DNA of 64,000 nucleotides, from NCBI GenBank assembly GCA_044229845.1, contig JBGASG010000002.1:384001-448000 (forward strand). Direction: 5' to 3'. Source of the DNA: Candidatus Obscuribacteraceae bacterium. Lineage in GTDB: Bacteria > Cyanobacteriota > Vampirovibrionia > Obscuribacterales > Obscuribacteraceae. Below are positions 19,353 to 28,843 of the stretch, piece after piece (position 1 is the stretch's first letter; the number at the start of each line of letters is the position of its first letter). The translations under genes and the position numbers were made by a program. The notes under the pieces are model-generated. The model was given only the letters and a program-made list of their open reading frames with translations, made no database searches and was not told the DNA's origin.

Positions 19353-19462
19353 GATGTTGAAGGAAATTTCGTCATCAGGCTTGACAAATAAGAGAAATGA
19401 GAGTCTTATAGTACTTGGTATGGCTAACACCACCTGTGATGCTACGGCTGTCTAGAAAGGCG

Positions 19463-20128
19463 ATGAGTGTGGCCGCAAATCTGGCTCGTATCAAGAACAC
19501 GCTCGGCGCCCAACCCGTCACTCTCGTTGCCGTTTCTAAAGGCGTCAACGTAGATCTGATGGTGGAAGCTTTCGAAAACGGTGTCACCGAATTCGGTGAG
19601 AATCGCGTTCAGGATGCTCTCGAAAAACAGGCGGCGTTGCCACCGCAGATGGCGGATAAAATCCACTGGCACTTTATCGGCCATTTGCAAACCAACAAAG
19701 TGAAGAAGGCTGTGGGCCGCTTCGCGCTCATCCATTCCGTAGACAGCATCAGGCTGGCGGAAGAGATTTCGCGAGAAGCTACGGCTGCCGGGATCACCCA
19801 GGCAGTGCTCCTGCAAGTGAAAGTGGTGCCGGATCCGAGCAAGTCCGGTTTCACGCCCGAGCAACTTCGCCAGAGCATCGACCAGATTATGTCGCTGCCC
19901 AATTTGCAGGTGGAAGGTCTGATGACCATCGCACCGTTCACCGCGGATGAAGATATCTGGCAAACATGTTTTGACGGTCTGCGCGATTTGCGCGACGAAC
20001 TGGAGAGCGCCTCCGATGACAAATATGCGCTCAAAGAATTGTCCATGGGGATGACCCAAGACTGGGAGGCTGCCGTCGAAAGCGGCGCCACCATGATCAG
20101 GCTCGGCAGAGCCGTTTTCGGTCCATAA
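19463..20128 (+). CDS. yggS: PLP homeostasis protein YggS/PLPBP
   Basis: LVAVSK, FGENRVQD, WHFIGHLQTNK, GLMTIAP, LSMGM, IRLGRAVFG. Confidence 0.97.
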   Translation: MSVAANLARIKNTLGAQPVTLVAVSKGVNVDLMVEAFENGVTEFGENRVQDALEKQAALPPQMADKIHWHFIGHLQTNKVKKAVGRFALIHSVDSIRLAEEISREATAAGITQAVLLQVKVVPDPSKSGFTPEQLRQSIDQIMSLPNLQVEGLMTIAPFTADEDIWQTCFDGLRDLRDELESASDDKYALKELSMGMTQDWEAAVESGATMIRLGRAVFGP

Positions 20129-20218
20129 ATTACGGTAGGTGTGTGGCGGCGGGACTCCCGCCAAATCAAGTTCATCAGTATGTAGTGGTGACATGAAGAT
20201 GAACGGAAGACAAGGAGG

Positions 20219-20725
20219 ATGGTTGTGAGTTTAGTCCAAAAATTCAAGAGCTTCTGGTTCGGCCCGTCCGACAACTACGACAGCGAAGATTTTGAAGATC
20301 TGTTTGAAACCAGTGATGATATCTACGCGACCAATGGCCAGCTCGCTCTCGATGTCGCTCCGGCACCGCCGGTACGCGCACCCAGAACGACAACTACGCA
20401 AAATGCGAAAGTCGTCGACCACCCGAACGCTCAAGCAATGAGCGAAGTGATGGTCATCGAGCCGCGCACATTCCAAGAGTCACTGGAGATCGTCGAACAA
20501 CTGCGCACGCGCAAATCGATCCTGCTCAACTTGCACTTGCTGGATAACGATCAATCGCAACGTGTCGTAGATTTTCTCTCCGGCGCTACTCATGCCATCG
20601 ACGGGCATCAACAGCGCATCGGCGACGGCGTCTTCCTGTTTGCACCGTCTTCGGTGACAATCAACGCCGAATCGACCTCGTCCAAAGCCATCAAAGATGT
20701 GTTCTGGACCAAGGGACTCCAATAG
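20219..20725 (+). CDS. sepF: Cell division protein SepF
   Basis: EVMVIEPRTF...QRVVDFLSGATHAIDGHQQRIG..FLFAP; follows yggS as is typical. Confidence 0.95.
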   Translation: MVVSLVQKFKSFWFGPSDNYDSEDFEDLFETSDDIYATNGQLALDVAPAPPVRAPRTTTTQNAKVVDHPNAQAMSEVMVIEPRTFQESLEIVEQLRTRKSILLNLHLLDNDQSQRVVDFLSGATHAIDGHQQRIGDGVFLFAPSSVTINAESTSSKAIKDVFWTKGLQ

Positions 20726-20775
20726 ATCGAAGTTTTGAAACCAACCTATGGGGTTGGCATTGAGCGGGGAAAAGA

Positions 20776-20803
20776 GTGCCGGGCGCAAGCCCGGCATTTC
20801 TTT
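20776..20803 (+). terminator. Intrinsic terminator after sepF
   Basis: GTGCCGGGC-gcaa-GCCCGGCAT then TTCTTT. Confidence 0.8.
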
Positions 20804-20855
20804 CTCTACGCGTGAAACAAAATCTCAAGAGTCCTCCACCTCGTGAGGTAGTTGC

Positions 20856-21375
20856 ATGTGCCAGAGCGTCCCCGAAGGATATGGAGCCCCAACCCTGCCG
20901 CCACACCAGTACCCGCCGGGCATCAAAGTCTTCGCCGGGCTAGTGGCAGTCGTCGCCCTCTACGGGTTGTTCTCGACACCGCATGCGCTGATGTCCCTGC
21001 ACCAGTTGCGGGCAGCTAGTGCCTCTATGACGGCGGCAACTTCCAGGGCGCCGCGCAAGCCTACGAAGGCGTGCTAAAAGAAGCGCCCCGCTCCGGCACC
21101 GCCAAGTTGGGCGCCGCTAAAGCCTACTTCCAGTTGCATGACGAGTCGGCCGACAAGAAAGCGTTGACGTTGCTGGTCTGGACAAATACGACGCAGAAGA
21201 CCTGGCGAAAGTGATGCCCGAAAAATACCGGGATCTGTTTACCGCCGGCAGCCGCAAAGGCAGCGTTGTCCTGGAGTCCGTCAACGGCTCCAACGTCGAT
21301 CGCCCGTGGTTTGATGCGATCTATGCCGTCCTGGTGTCGATGGCCCTGCCGATGATCCTGGCCGGCAACATCTAG
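20856..21375 (+). pseudogene. Frameshifted TM/TPR-like protein gene
   Basis: TM-containing ORF at 20856 continues in a second frame from about 21023 (LYDGGNFQGAAQAYEGVLKEAP...AKLGAAKAYFQL) and a third from about 21178 to TAG 21375. Confidence 0.6.
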
Positions 21376-21408
21376 CTCTCGGCAACATCTATATAGTGAA
21401 CGGCGTAT

Positions 21409-22341
21409 TTATTGAACGGCGTTCTGATACCAGTAATTTGGATTGGTGGCATTGCCGCTCACATACAAACTGAAATGCAGGTGCGGTCCGCTGGCACGAC
21501 CAGTTGCCCCGATCTTGCCGATCTCCTGCCCGGCTGCCACCATCTGCCCCTCTTTGACCAGCAGCTTCGACATGTGAATATAGAAAGAAACCACGCCCTG
21601 CCCGTGATCGATAGCGACAGTGCCACCATGCAAGCGCCAACCGGTGTGAGCTATCAGTATCCGCCCTGCCTGCGTCGCTTTCACCGGCGATCCATAGCCG
21701 CCGGCATAATCGATGCCCGAGTGAAAATAGTCATCCAGCAGCTTGCCGTTCACCATGCGTCGCACACCGAAGGTGGATGACACGCGTGCCGCCGAGGGTG
21801 TTTGAAACTTGCCGGTCCAGAACTTCTCGGGGCTTACGGTGTGGCGCGCTTTATCCACAGTTTCTTCCTCGCCGGGAGAAGAAACGAAATTGTCTTTGCC
21901 TGGTGGCAGACGCAGATGCTGCAACCCGAATCCACCCCACACCACATTGAGTGGCACCGCAGTCGGCCCGACAGAAATCTTGTATGCGCCCGGCTTTAAG
22001 AGCACAGGCACGCTGACGAAGGCGCGATAAGATACAGGACCAGCCTCGCTGGTAGTGGCACCGGCTGCATCTTTATCAGACGCAGCATCGCGTGATACCG
22101 GAAAGGCTTTATAAGTTTCGTTGTTGAACTTAGCCACCGGCGGCGGTTCCGACCCGTTGAACTGGCCGACGGGATCGATGTGCAGAATCACCACCGATCC
22201 CTGCTTGGCGGTCGTCTGGGTCGCATGAATGTTGTAGTACGCATCGGCATCAACCGCCGGTGGTGCAGCACAACCTGTGACGAGAGCGAGAATAGTAAGA
22301 AGAAAGGTGCGCCCTTCCGCGCGACATGGCATCAGGGTCAC
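21409..22341 (-). CDS. M23 family peptidase, probably lipoprotein
   Basis: HSGIDY, IDHG, GATGRASGPHLHF; LVTGC lipobox-like signal. Confidence 0.93.
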   Translation of the reverse strand: MTLMPCRAEGRTFLLTILALVTGCAAPPAVDADAYYNIHATQTTAKQGSVVILHIDPVGQFNGSEPPPVAKFNNETYKAFPVSRDAASDKDAAGATTSEAGPVSYRAFVSVPVLLKPGAYKISVGPTAVPLNVVWGGFGLQHLRLPPGKDNFVSSPGEEETVDKARHTVSPEKFWTGKFQTPSAARVSSTFGVRRMVNGKLLDDYFHSGIDYAGGYGSPVKATQAGRILIAHTGWRLHGGTVAIDHGQGVVSFYIHMSKLLVKEGQMVAAGQEIGKIGATGRASGPHLHFSLYVSGNATNPNYWYQNAVQ

Positions 22342-22402
22342 TGCCTACACAATCTAATTGAAGGGATTCCGATTTGCACGCTAGTGTGTTGAAACGATCT
22401 GG

Positions 22403-22675
22403 TTAGTCCGGAAGCAATTCTTCGATAGCGGTGCGCAGTTCAGCGACCTTCTCGATTGGAATGGCAACACCCTTCTTGGTGGGCTTTTCTTCGCCGTCTT
22501 TGTCCAGATACCATTCACGAATGTGCAGATACTTGCGTCCGGCATACTCGCCGAGATACACGTTGATCGTCTCGCCACGCGACTTTTCATGCACGCGAAT
22601 GCGATCGGAAGCGGTGGTCGGTGTTGGCTGTTCCTGTGACTTCGAGCTGGAACTTTGCTGAGCTTTAGGCGACAA
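22403..22675 (-). CDS. PC4/p15 family ssDNA-binding protein
   Basis: EYAGRKYLHIREWYLDKDGEEKPTKKGVAI resembles the PC4 core (IRExY...KPxKKG). Confidence 0.88.
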   Translation of the reverse strand: MSPKAQQSSSSKSQEQPTPTTASDRIRVHEKSRGETINVYLGEYAGRKYLHIREWYLDKDGEEKPTKKGVAIPIEKVAELRTAIEELLPD

Positions 22676-22829
22676 GGCTATTTCCTCCGGTCGGTACGAG
22701 CGTTAGATTTCCAAATCACACGGATACCTTCTTCTTATTCATATCTCTAACATACCCTCTTATGATAAAAAGTAAAGTTCTATTGTTCATTCTCTACTGA
22801 TCTGGAATAAAGGTTCAAAACAATTCGGT

Positions 22830-24140
22830 ATGTCCCAGTTCGTAGATCTAGTTCGCATAAAAGTTCGCTCTGGCGATGGTGGCAACGGCATGGTTGCCTG
22901 GCGGCGCGAGAAATATGAGCCGCTGGGCGGACCGGCAGGCGGCAACGGCGGGCGCGGTGGCGACGTGATTCTCCAAGCCACCAACGACATGTCGACGCTC
23001 TTAGACTTCCATTACAAAAACGAATTTAAAGCCACCCCCGGACAGAAAGGGGGGTCTAAGAACAAACATGGCAAACAGGGGGCAAATCTGGTCCTTAAAG
23101 TGCCTGTGGGAACGATTGTGCGCGATCTGGACAACGGCGGCCAACCAATCGCCGACCTGGCAGCCGCCGAGGCAAAGGTGACGGTGGCAGCGGGCGGACG
23201 CGGAGGACGAGGCAACACCGATCTGGCGACTCATGGCAATCGGGCGCCTTATTACTGCGAGCCGGGCGAAGCCGGCATCGAAAGACATCTGGAGCTGGAA
23301 CTCAAACTGATTGCCGATGTCGGTATTATCGGTCTCCCGAATGCCGGCAAATCAACCCTGCTGTCGGTGATGACCGCCGCCAAACCCAAAATCGCCGCCT
23401 ACCCCTTCTCTACCCTCACCCCCAACCTGGGCGTCGTCAAAGGAACTTCCGGCGACGGCTTCGTACTGGCTGATATTCCGGGACTGGTGGAGGGGGCGTC
23501 CGCAGGCTCAGGGCTGGGACACAAGTTTTTGCGGCATATCGAGCGCACCAGACTGCTCGTGCATATGGCCGATGCGACCAGCGAGACGCTCACCGACGAC
23601 ATTCGCACCATTTCTCACGAACTGGAACTGTACGGACAGACCCTGGCAAAGCTGCCCCGGCTCCTGGTTTTGAACAAACTGGACATGCTTTTGCCCGAAG
23701 AAGCCGCCAACTTGACCACCGACATAGAAAAGGAACTGCCCACCCTGGGCGGCGATGCGCAAACCATCAAAAAAGTCCTGGGTATCTCGGCCGCTTCCCG
23801 CCTCCACACTGATGATCTGCTGAAAGCCATTCAGTACGAGCTGTCCCTGCTACCGGTCACGGATACCACGGTGCATGTTTTCGACGACCCGGCCGCGCAT
23901 GAGCATGTAGACTCCGGTTTCAACGTCTGGCGCAAGAAAAACATCTTCCATGTGGAGGGTGACCGCGTCGAGCGGATTGTCTCGGTCACCAATATGCGCA
24001 GCCCCGAGGCGCTCCACCACCTGTTCCACGTGCTGCGCAGCATGGGGGTGGTCGATGCTCTACTGCAGGAGGGGATTCAGCCCGGGCAGGAGGTTGTCAT
24101 AGGGCCGACCTCATTCTCGTTTGGTGAAGATATGTACTGA
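22830..24140 (+). CDS. obgE: GTPase ObgE/CgtA
   Basis: Gly-rich Obg fold, GLPNAGKST, YPFSTL, DIPG, NKLD; C-terminal domain present. Confidence 0.98.
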   Translation: MSQFVDLVRIKVRSGDGGNGMVAWRREKYEPLGGPAGGNGGRGGDVILQATNDMSTLLDFHYKNEFKATPGQKGGSKNKHGKQGANLVLKVPVGTIVRDLDNGGQPIADLAAAEAKVTVAAGGRGGRGNTDLATHGNRAPYYCEPGEAGIERHLELELKLIADVGIIGLPNAGKSTLLSVMTAAKPKIAAYPFSTLTPNLGVVKGTSGDGFVLADIPGLVEGASAGSGLGHKFLRHIERTRLLVHMADATSETLTDDIRTISHELELYGQTLAKLPRLLVLNKLDMLLPEEAANLTTDIEKELPTLGGDAQTIKKVLGISAASRLHTDDLLKAIQYELSLLPVTDTTVHVFDDPAAHEHVDSGFNVWRKKNIFHVEGDRVERIVSVTNMRSPEALHHLFHVLRSMGVVDALLQEGIQPGQEVVIGPTSFSFGEDMY

Positions 24141-24281
24141 GCGGGCTTTAGGACTATATTTGGGGGAGGTTTGAAGACACCCCTGAGTGGAATATACTTT
24201 TAGGCTCGCCTCCCGGCAAAGCCGGTCAGGACTAGACCGTACGACCGCGACGCACCGTATGTGATACCATCTCCGACCTAG

Positions 24282-26075
24282 ATGCAGGCAAATCAAACTC
24301 GCAGTTCAACAGTTAAGGCCGCCCATGGCTTTCCGGCGGTGCTTTCCAGTTTGTACGACTGCCAGGGCATCATCAGCGAAGACGCGCGCACGATCGTCTA
24401 TAAGGCCAAGCATAAAGAAGTAGATCGCCTGGTGGCTGTGAAGATCTTCCACTCAGTAGACGTTGCCCGGCTGCCTTCCGGGTTCGACCTCGCCCTGAAA
24501 AATACCGGTTCGCTCAACCATCCCAATATCATTCGAGTCTACTCGTTCGGTATTGCGTCCACCGGCGCACCGTACGTCGTCAGCCAGCACTTCGAGGGCA
24601 AAACGCTCTCCGAGCTGATCACCTCCGACGGACGCATGAACGTTCATCGTTTTTGTCAGACCTTCTTGCCGATTTTGCACGCCATGGCTTACTCCCATCA
24701 AAAGGGGCTCGTGCACGGCGACCTGACTTGCAAGAATGTGATTATCACGGGCAATCCCAGCAATCCTATACCGCGTCTGACCAACTTCAACATCGCTCAG
24801 TGGCACGAGCACGTGCTCACCGGCAACAATACGACAGAAAAGCGCTTACTCTACGGCACACCGGCCTACATGAGCCCGGAGCGCTGCGACGGCGAGAAGA
24901 TGAGTATCCGTTCGGATATCTACGCACTGGGCGTCATGATGTACGAAGCATTGACCGGCAAACTGCCCTTCAACGGCACTACCAGCGATATCATTCAAAA
25001 GCACCTGCACGAGCACGCACCGACCCTCGATCCGTCTATACCAAAACCGGTGCACGCCCTGGTCATGCAGGCACTGGCTAAAGAACCGCATATCCGACAC
25101 CAGTCGACCGGTGATATGTACGATGCGCTGCGCGCGGTCGGCGACGAGATCGGAGCGTCTCTGGGGATCGCCACCGAAGAAGAGGAAGAACCGCAAGAGA
25201 GCGCGGCAGCAAGTAAGATTGGACTGGCTGTGATCGCCACCTTCCTGGGCATCATCATCGGCGTGTTGCTCTGGTCGATTTACCAGCAAAAACCCAAGGT
25301 CGAGCCGCATCCGGTTTCGCAACAATCGATACCAACCCCGGTGACGCGTGCTCCGGCGGCCGCAGATTTGCCTTTGACCATCGACAGCAATGCACCGCCC
25401 GGACATTTGCTCGAGTTGGCGGAAGAGGCTCTGACAGCGCGTCGTCTCGGCAACGCGCAGGCGCTAGCGGCAGCAGTTTTGAGCAACTCATCGGCCGGTG
25501 AAGACAATCACGCACGCGCCTATTACATGGCATCGCGCGTCGACTCCGAGCGCGGCGACCTCAAACGAGCCGTCACCGACGCCATCGCCGCCGACAAGCT
25601 CGCGAATCACTCGGGATCGAAAGTTGCCCGTTCGCTTATTCTCGTTCATCTCGCAGACCTCTACTGCCAGCAAGCTCAATACGCTGCGGCGGTGGCCGTA
25701 CTGCAACAGGCTCGCGGCATCGAACACGACGATCGCGGCGACGATACCATGGCTATGGCATTTATCAATCTGTTGCAGGGCGAAGCCGAACTGGGCTTGA
25801 AGAAATATCTCGATGCCGGCGAGCACTTGCGCGAAGCACTATATGTGGTGAACAAGAGCCCAGGACGAAACGGCGACGCTCGTACACGTCTCGACTGGGA
25901 TCTGGCTAACGTCTACTACAGTCAGGGCGACTACGTGAGCGCCAAGCCGTTTCTCGAACATTACATCGCCACCGCCCGCTCGTCGGCCAGTCAGCCCAGC
26001 AGCAACATTGTGCGGGCGGAGAAAATGCTGGCTCTCTCGCAAGAAGTGTCCGGCGAAACCGCTCAAAAACACTGA
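24282..26075 (+). CDS. Ser/Thr kinase-like protein (probable pseudokinase) with TM and TPR-like domain
   Basis: VAVK, GTPAYMSPE and SDIYALG present, but no Gly loop, HGDLTCKN in the catalytic loop and NFN in place of DFG. Confidence 0.85.
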   Translation: MQANQTRSSTVKAAHGFPAVLSSLYDCQGIISEDARTIVYKAKHKEVDRLVAVKIFHSVDVARLPSGFDLALKNTGSLNHPNIIRVYSFGIASTGAPYVVSQHFEGKTLSELITSDGRMNVHRFCQTFLPILHAMAYSHQKGLVHGDLTCKNVIITGNPSNPIPRLTNFNIAQWHEHVLTGNNTTEKRLLYGTPAYMSPERCDGEKMSIRSDIYALGVMMYEALTGKLPFNGTTSDIIQKHLHEHAPTLDPSIPKPVHALVMQALAKEPHIRHQSTGDMYDALRAVGDEIGASLGIATEEEEEPQESAAASKIGLAVIATFLGIIIGVLLWSIYQQKPKVEPHPVSQQSIPTPVTRAPAAADLPLTIDSNAPPGHLLELAEEALTARRLGNAQALAAAVLSNSSAGEDNHARAYYMASRVDSERGDLKRAVTDAIAADKLANHSGSKVARSLILVHLADLYCQQAQYAAAVAVLQQARGIEHDDRGDDTMAMAFINLLQGEAELGLKKYLDAGEHLREALYVVNKSPGRNGDARTRLDWDLANVYYSQGDYVSAKPFLEHYIATARSSASQPSSNIVRAEKMLALSQEVSGETAQKH

Positions 26076-26093
26076 TTCAGCCTGCTGGTAGGT

Positions 26094-27863
26094 ATGGGTA
26101 GCGAGCTCGATGACGATCCACTGCGCGCTTTATTAGATCGCGCGCAGATGCACCTGATCGAACCGCTTGGACAAGGCGGCATGAGTCGCGTCTACAAAGT
26201 GCGCAACCTGCACCTCGATCGCCTGGAAGCGATAAAAGTCATGGACAGGCGCTTGCTGTACCAGGTGGAGTATCTCAAACGATTGCAGCAAGAAGCGAAG
26301 TCAATCGCGCGTCTGCAGCACGAGGGCATTCTGCAAGTCTACGGCATGGGTGTTCTCGGCGATGGATTGCCCTACCTGTCCATGGAAGTCCTGGAGGGCG
26401 AGTCGCTGTCCGCGTTCCTGCAGAAACACGATCGCTTGACGGTGGCACAATTTTCTCAGTTGCTGCGGCCACTTTTAACGGCACTGGCATATGCTCACCA
26501 GCAGGGAGTCCTGCATCGCGACCTGAAACCAAGCAACATTTTTCTGGTCGATGGGAAACCGGAAACTCCCAAACTGATCGACTTTGGACTGTCCCAGCAG
26601 TTGAACCAGGAAGAGATTTTGCGCCTTACCCAGACCGGCGAAATGATCGGCACCCCCACCTACATGAGCCCGGAGCAGTGCCGCGGCGAGCCGCTCGACG
26701 AGCGCTCGGACATCTATTCGCTGGGCTGCGTCATGTATCAATGTTTGTACGGCGCTCCGCCTTTTGAAGGCGAAACAGCGCTGGAGGTGATGGTCAAACA
26801 AACCAACAGCGACACGCCCATCTTGCCGGTGTTGCCCGGTAATAGAGCAGTGCCACCACATGTGCAGGCTCTGGTCTTGAACTGTTTGAGCAAAGACAAA
26901 AACGCACGCCCAGCCTCAGCACCAGCCGCGCTGGCTGTGCTCGAAGACGACAGCGCAACACCAGCGCAACGCCGAGCTAAGAAAAAGACACCGGGCATGC
27001 CGTCTAAAATGAAAGTCTTGATCTTGTCTACCGGCGCCGCCTTGCTGGCGGCGACGGCAGTTTGTCTGAGTCTGATTTCGAGGCCTTCCACCGCACCACC
27101 GCCGCCGCCCCCGCTAACCAATCAAGACAAAGTCGAGGAAGTGTTCCGGCTCTCACAAGGTGCCATCAAGAACGGTGACTTGCCGGAAGCTGTCGAGCTG
27201 CTGACGCGCATCGAACCGGCGGCAATCTCCTACAGTCCGACTCTTTACGTGAGGATATGCGAGGACCTGGGCGCCTGCCACCGCGAACTTGGACACAGGG
27301 AAACCTCACTCCTCTATCTGAAACGCGGACTGGACCACGTGCCGCCCAGCGACCTGGAGAGGTTGCCTGAATACACCGAGACTTTTTTGAGAGAGACCGC
27401 TCTCACATTCGATCACTTTCACGAACCACAACAGGCACGCGATTACTTCATCAGAGCCGACGACTTTTTGCACAAGTGGAAATCAAATCCGAACCTGCGA
27501 TCGGTCGACTGGGACGAACAAGCACTGCAGACTTACTATCGCTGGGCATTGTTTGAAGAGCGCTCCGGCAACCCGAAGCAAGCGGAGCGACTTTTCAAAC
27601 TGGTGATGGATATAGATGTCCGCCAATTCAGGCGCGAATTTTTGACCTGCCAACTGGACGCCGCTTTTCACCTGGCCGGCATACTGCATCGGCAGCATCG
27701 CGTCGCCGAGGCTCTGGAGTTGTACACCGACGTATCCATGCTGCAAGGAACAGATGCTATGTCTCTGTCACCACCCGAACTAGCAATGCGAGAAGAAGCA
27801 AAAGCCCTGGCTGCCCAATGCAGCCAGGAGCTGAAAGCCCAGAAAAAATCGCCAGGTCACTGA
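26094..27863 (+). CDS. Ser/Thr protein kinase with TM and TPR-like domain
   Basis: GQGGM, AIK, HRDLKPSN, DFG, GTPTYMSPE all intact. Confidence 0.95.
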   Translation: MGSELDDDPLRALLDRAQMHLIEPLGQGGMSRVYKVRNLHLDRLEAIKVMDRRLLYQVEYLKRLQQEAKSIARLQHEGILQVYGMGVLGDGLPYLSMEVLEGESLSAFLQKHDRLTVAQFSQLLRPLLTALAYAHQQGVLHRDLKPSNIFLVDGKPETPKLIDFGLSQQLNQEEILRLTQTGEMIGTPTYMSPEQCRGEPLDERSDIYSLGCVMYQCLYGAPPFEGETALEVMVKQTNSDTPILPVLPGNRAVPPHVQALVLNCLSKDKNARPASAPAALAVLEDDSATPAQRRAKKKTPGMPSKMKVLILSTGAALLAATAVCLSLISRPSTAPPPPPPLTNQDKVEEVFRLSQGAIKNGDLPEAVELLTRIEPAAISYSPTLYVRICEDLGACHRELGHRETSLLYLKRGLDHVPPSDLERLPEYTETFLRETALTFDHFHEPQQARDYFIRADDFLHKWKSNPNLRSVDWDEQALQTYYRWALFEERSGNPKQAERLFKLVMDIDVRQFRREFLTCQLDAAFHLAGILHRQHRVAEALELYTDVSMLQGTDAMSLSPPELAMREEAKALAAQCSQELKAQKKSPGH

Positions 27864-27887
27864 GTGCAGCACCACAGATGGTGCTAT

Positions 27888-28115
27888 TTACTCTTCTTCC
27901 GGCTTGGCGGATTTTTTCTTGGTCTTTTTCGGTTCTTCGTGATCGTGACCTTCATGATCGTGGTCATGACCTTCGTGATCATGATCATGTGCTGGAGCCT
28001 GAGCCACCGGACCGCGAGCTTCGCGGCGCACATTTGCTTCGTGTTGCAAGCGCGCAGATTTCTGTTTGCGTTTCGCCACCTTGGCGGCGCGCTTCATTCC
28101 TCTTTGCTGAGCCAT
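27888..28115 (-). CDS. Small basic protein with His/Asp repeat
   Basis: MAQQRGMKRAAKVAKRKQK...HDHDHEGHDHDHEGHDHEE...KKTKKK; start could be as far up as 28169. Confidence 0.7.
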   Translation of the reverse strand: MAQQRGMKRAAKVAKRKQKSARLQHEANVRREARGPVAQAPAHDHDHEGHDHDHEGHDHEEPKKTKKKSAKPEEE

Positions 28116-28209
28116 CTCAATCGTTGCCTCTGTTATGGACTTTAATTCGACCGCGGCACGGGGAGCCATCGGTCACCGCTGCAGATGATATCAATTCAGT
28201 TTTGCGGGA

Positions 28210-28689
28210 TCAAACCCAGAGATTACCCAGGTATTGAATCCCCCTGCTGAAGGCGTCGGTCTTCAACCCTTCCAGGATCTGCCTTCCGATGGGCGGATAG
28301 AGCGCTCCGTTTTGCAGGTCGGCAAGCGGCAAAAAGTCCACCCCTGCCAGAACCGGCTCGTTGCCAAGACGCATAGTACCGCCGGTCACACGGGCAGTCA
28401 TGTAGACATTGACAATGTGCCGCGAGCGGTCGGGAGCAATCGCCTCCGAGATAAAAACCATCTTGTCAACCGCAACTTCCAGTCCGGTCTCTTCTCTGAC
28501 TTCGCGCGCTCCACACTCTTGAAAGGTCTCGCCGTACTCCAGCCTTCCACCTGGCAAAACCCAGTACTGCTTGCTGCCTTTGCGGTGTTTGACGAGAAGA
28601 ATTTTCTGATCGTCGGAGATGACGATAACCGAAACCCGCGTGGTCGGAATTGCTTTGCCGGGCTTCTTCTTGAGCCGATGCTTGGGCAA
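28210..28689 (-). CDS. NUDIX hydrolase
   Basis: Nudix box GGRLEYGETFQECGAREVREETGL; start uncertain (TTG 28689 or 28719). Confidence 0.93.
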   Translation of the reverse strand: MPKHRLKKKPGKAIPTTRVSVIVISDDQKILLVKHRKGSKQYWVLPGGRLEYGETFQECGAREVREETGLEVAVDKMVFISEAIAPDRSRHIVNVYMTARVTGGTMRLGNEPVLAGVDFLPLADLQNGALYPPIGRQILEGLKTDAFSRGIQYLGNLWV

Positions 28690-28843
28690 GTGAACCTCAA
28701 AATTTGGACGCCGCTGCAATTCTAATAGATTTGAGAATCAAACAAATACCTTACAAATCGTATTGTCAGTTGAGGTCCCGTTCTCATTTAGATACCGTTT
28801 TATATTGATGTGCTGTCGTAAAACTGCTTGAGAGACCAGCAAG

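Noticed and set aside
19363..19379. Minus-strand CTGATGACGAAA resembling a hammerhead core
   Set aside because: No stem II between CUGAUGA and GAAA, and no matching stems I and III.
20805..20820. CGTGAAACA parS half site
   Set aside because: The left half does not match TGTTTCA; a single half site is not significant.
28720..28843. T-box or attenuator before pheS
   Set aside because: The leader is short and I see no T-box sequence or Phe-rich leader peptide.
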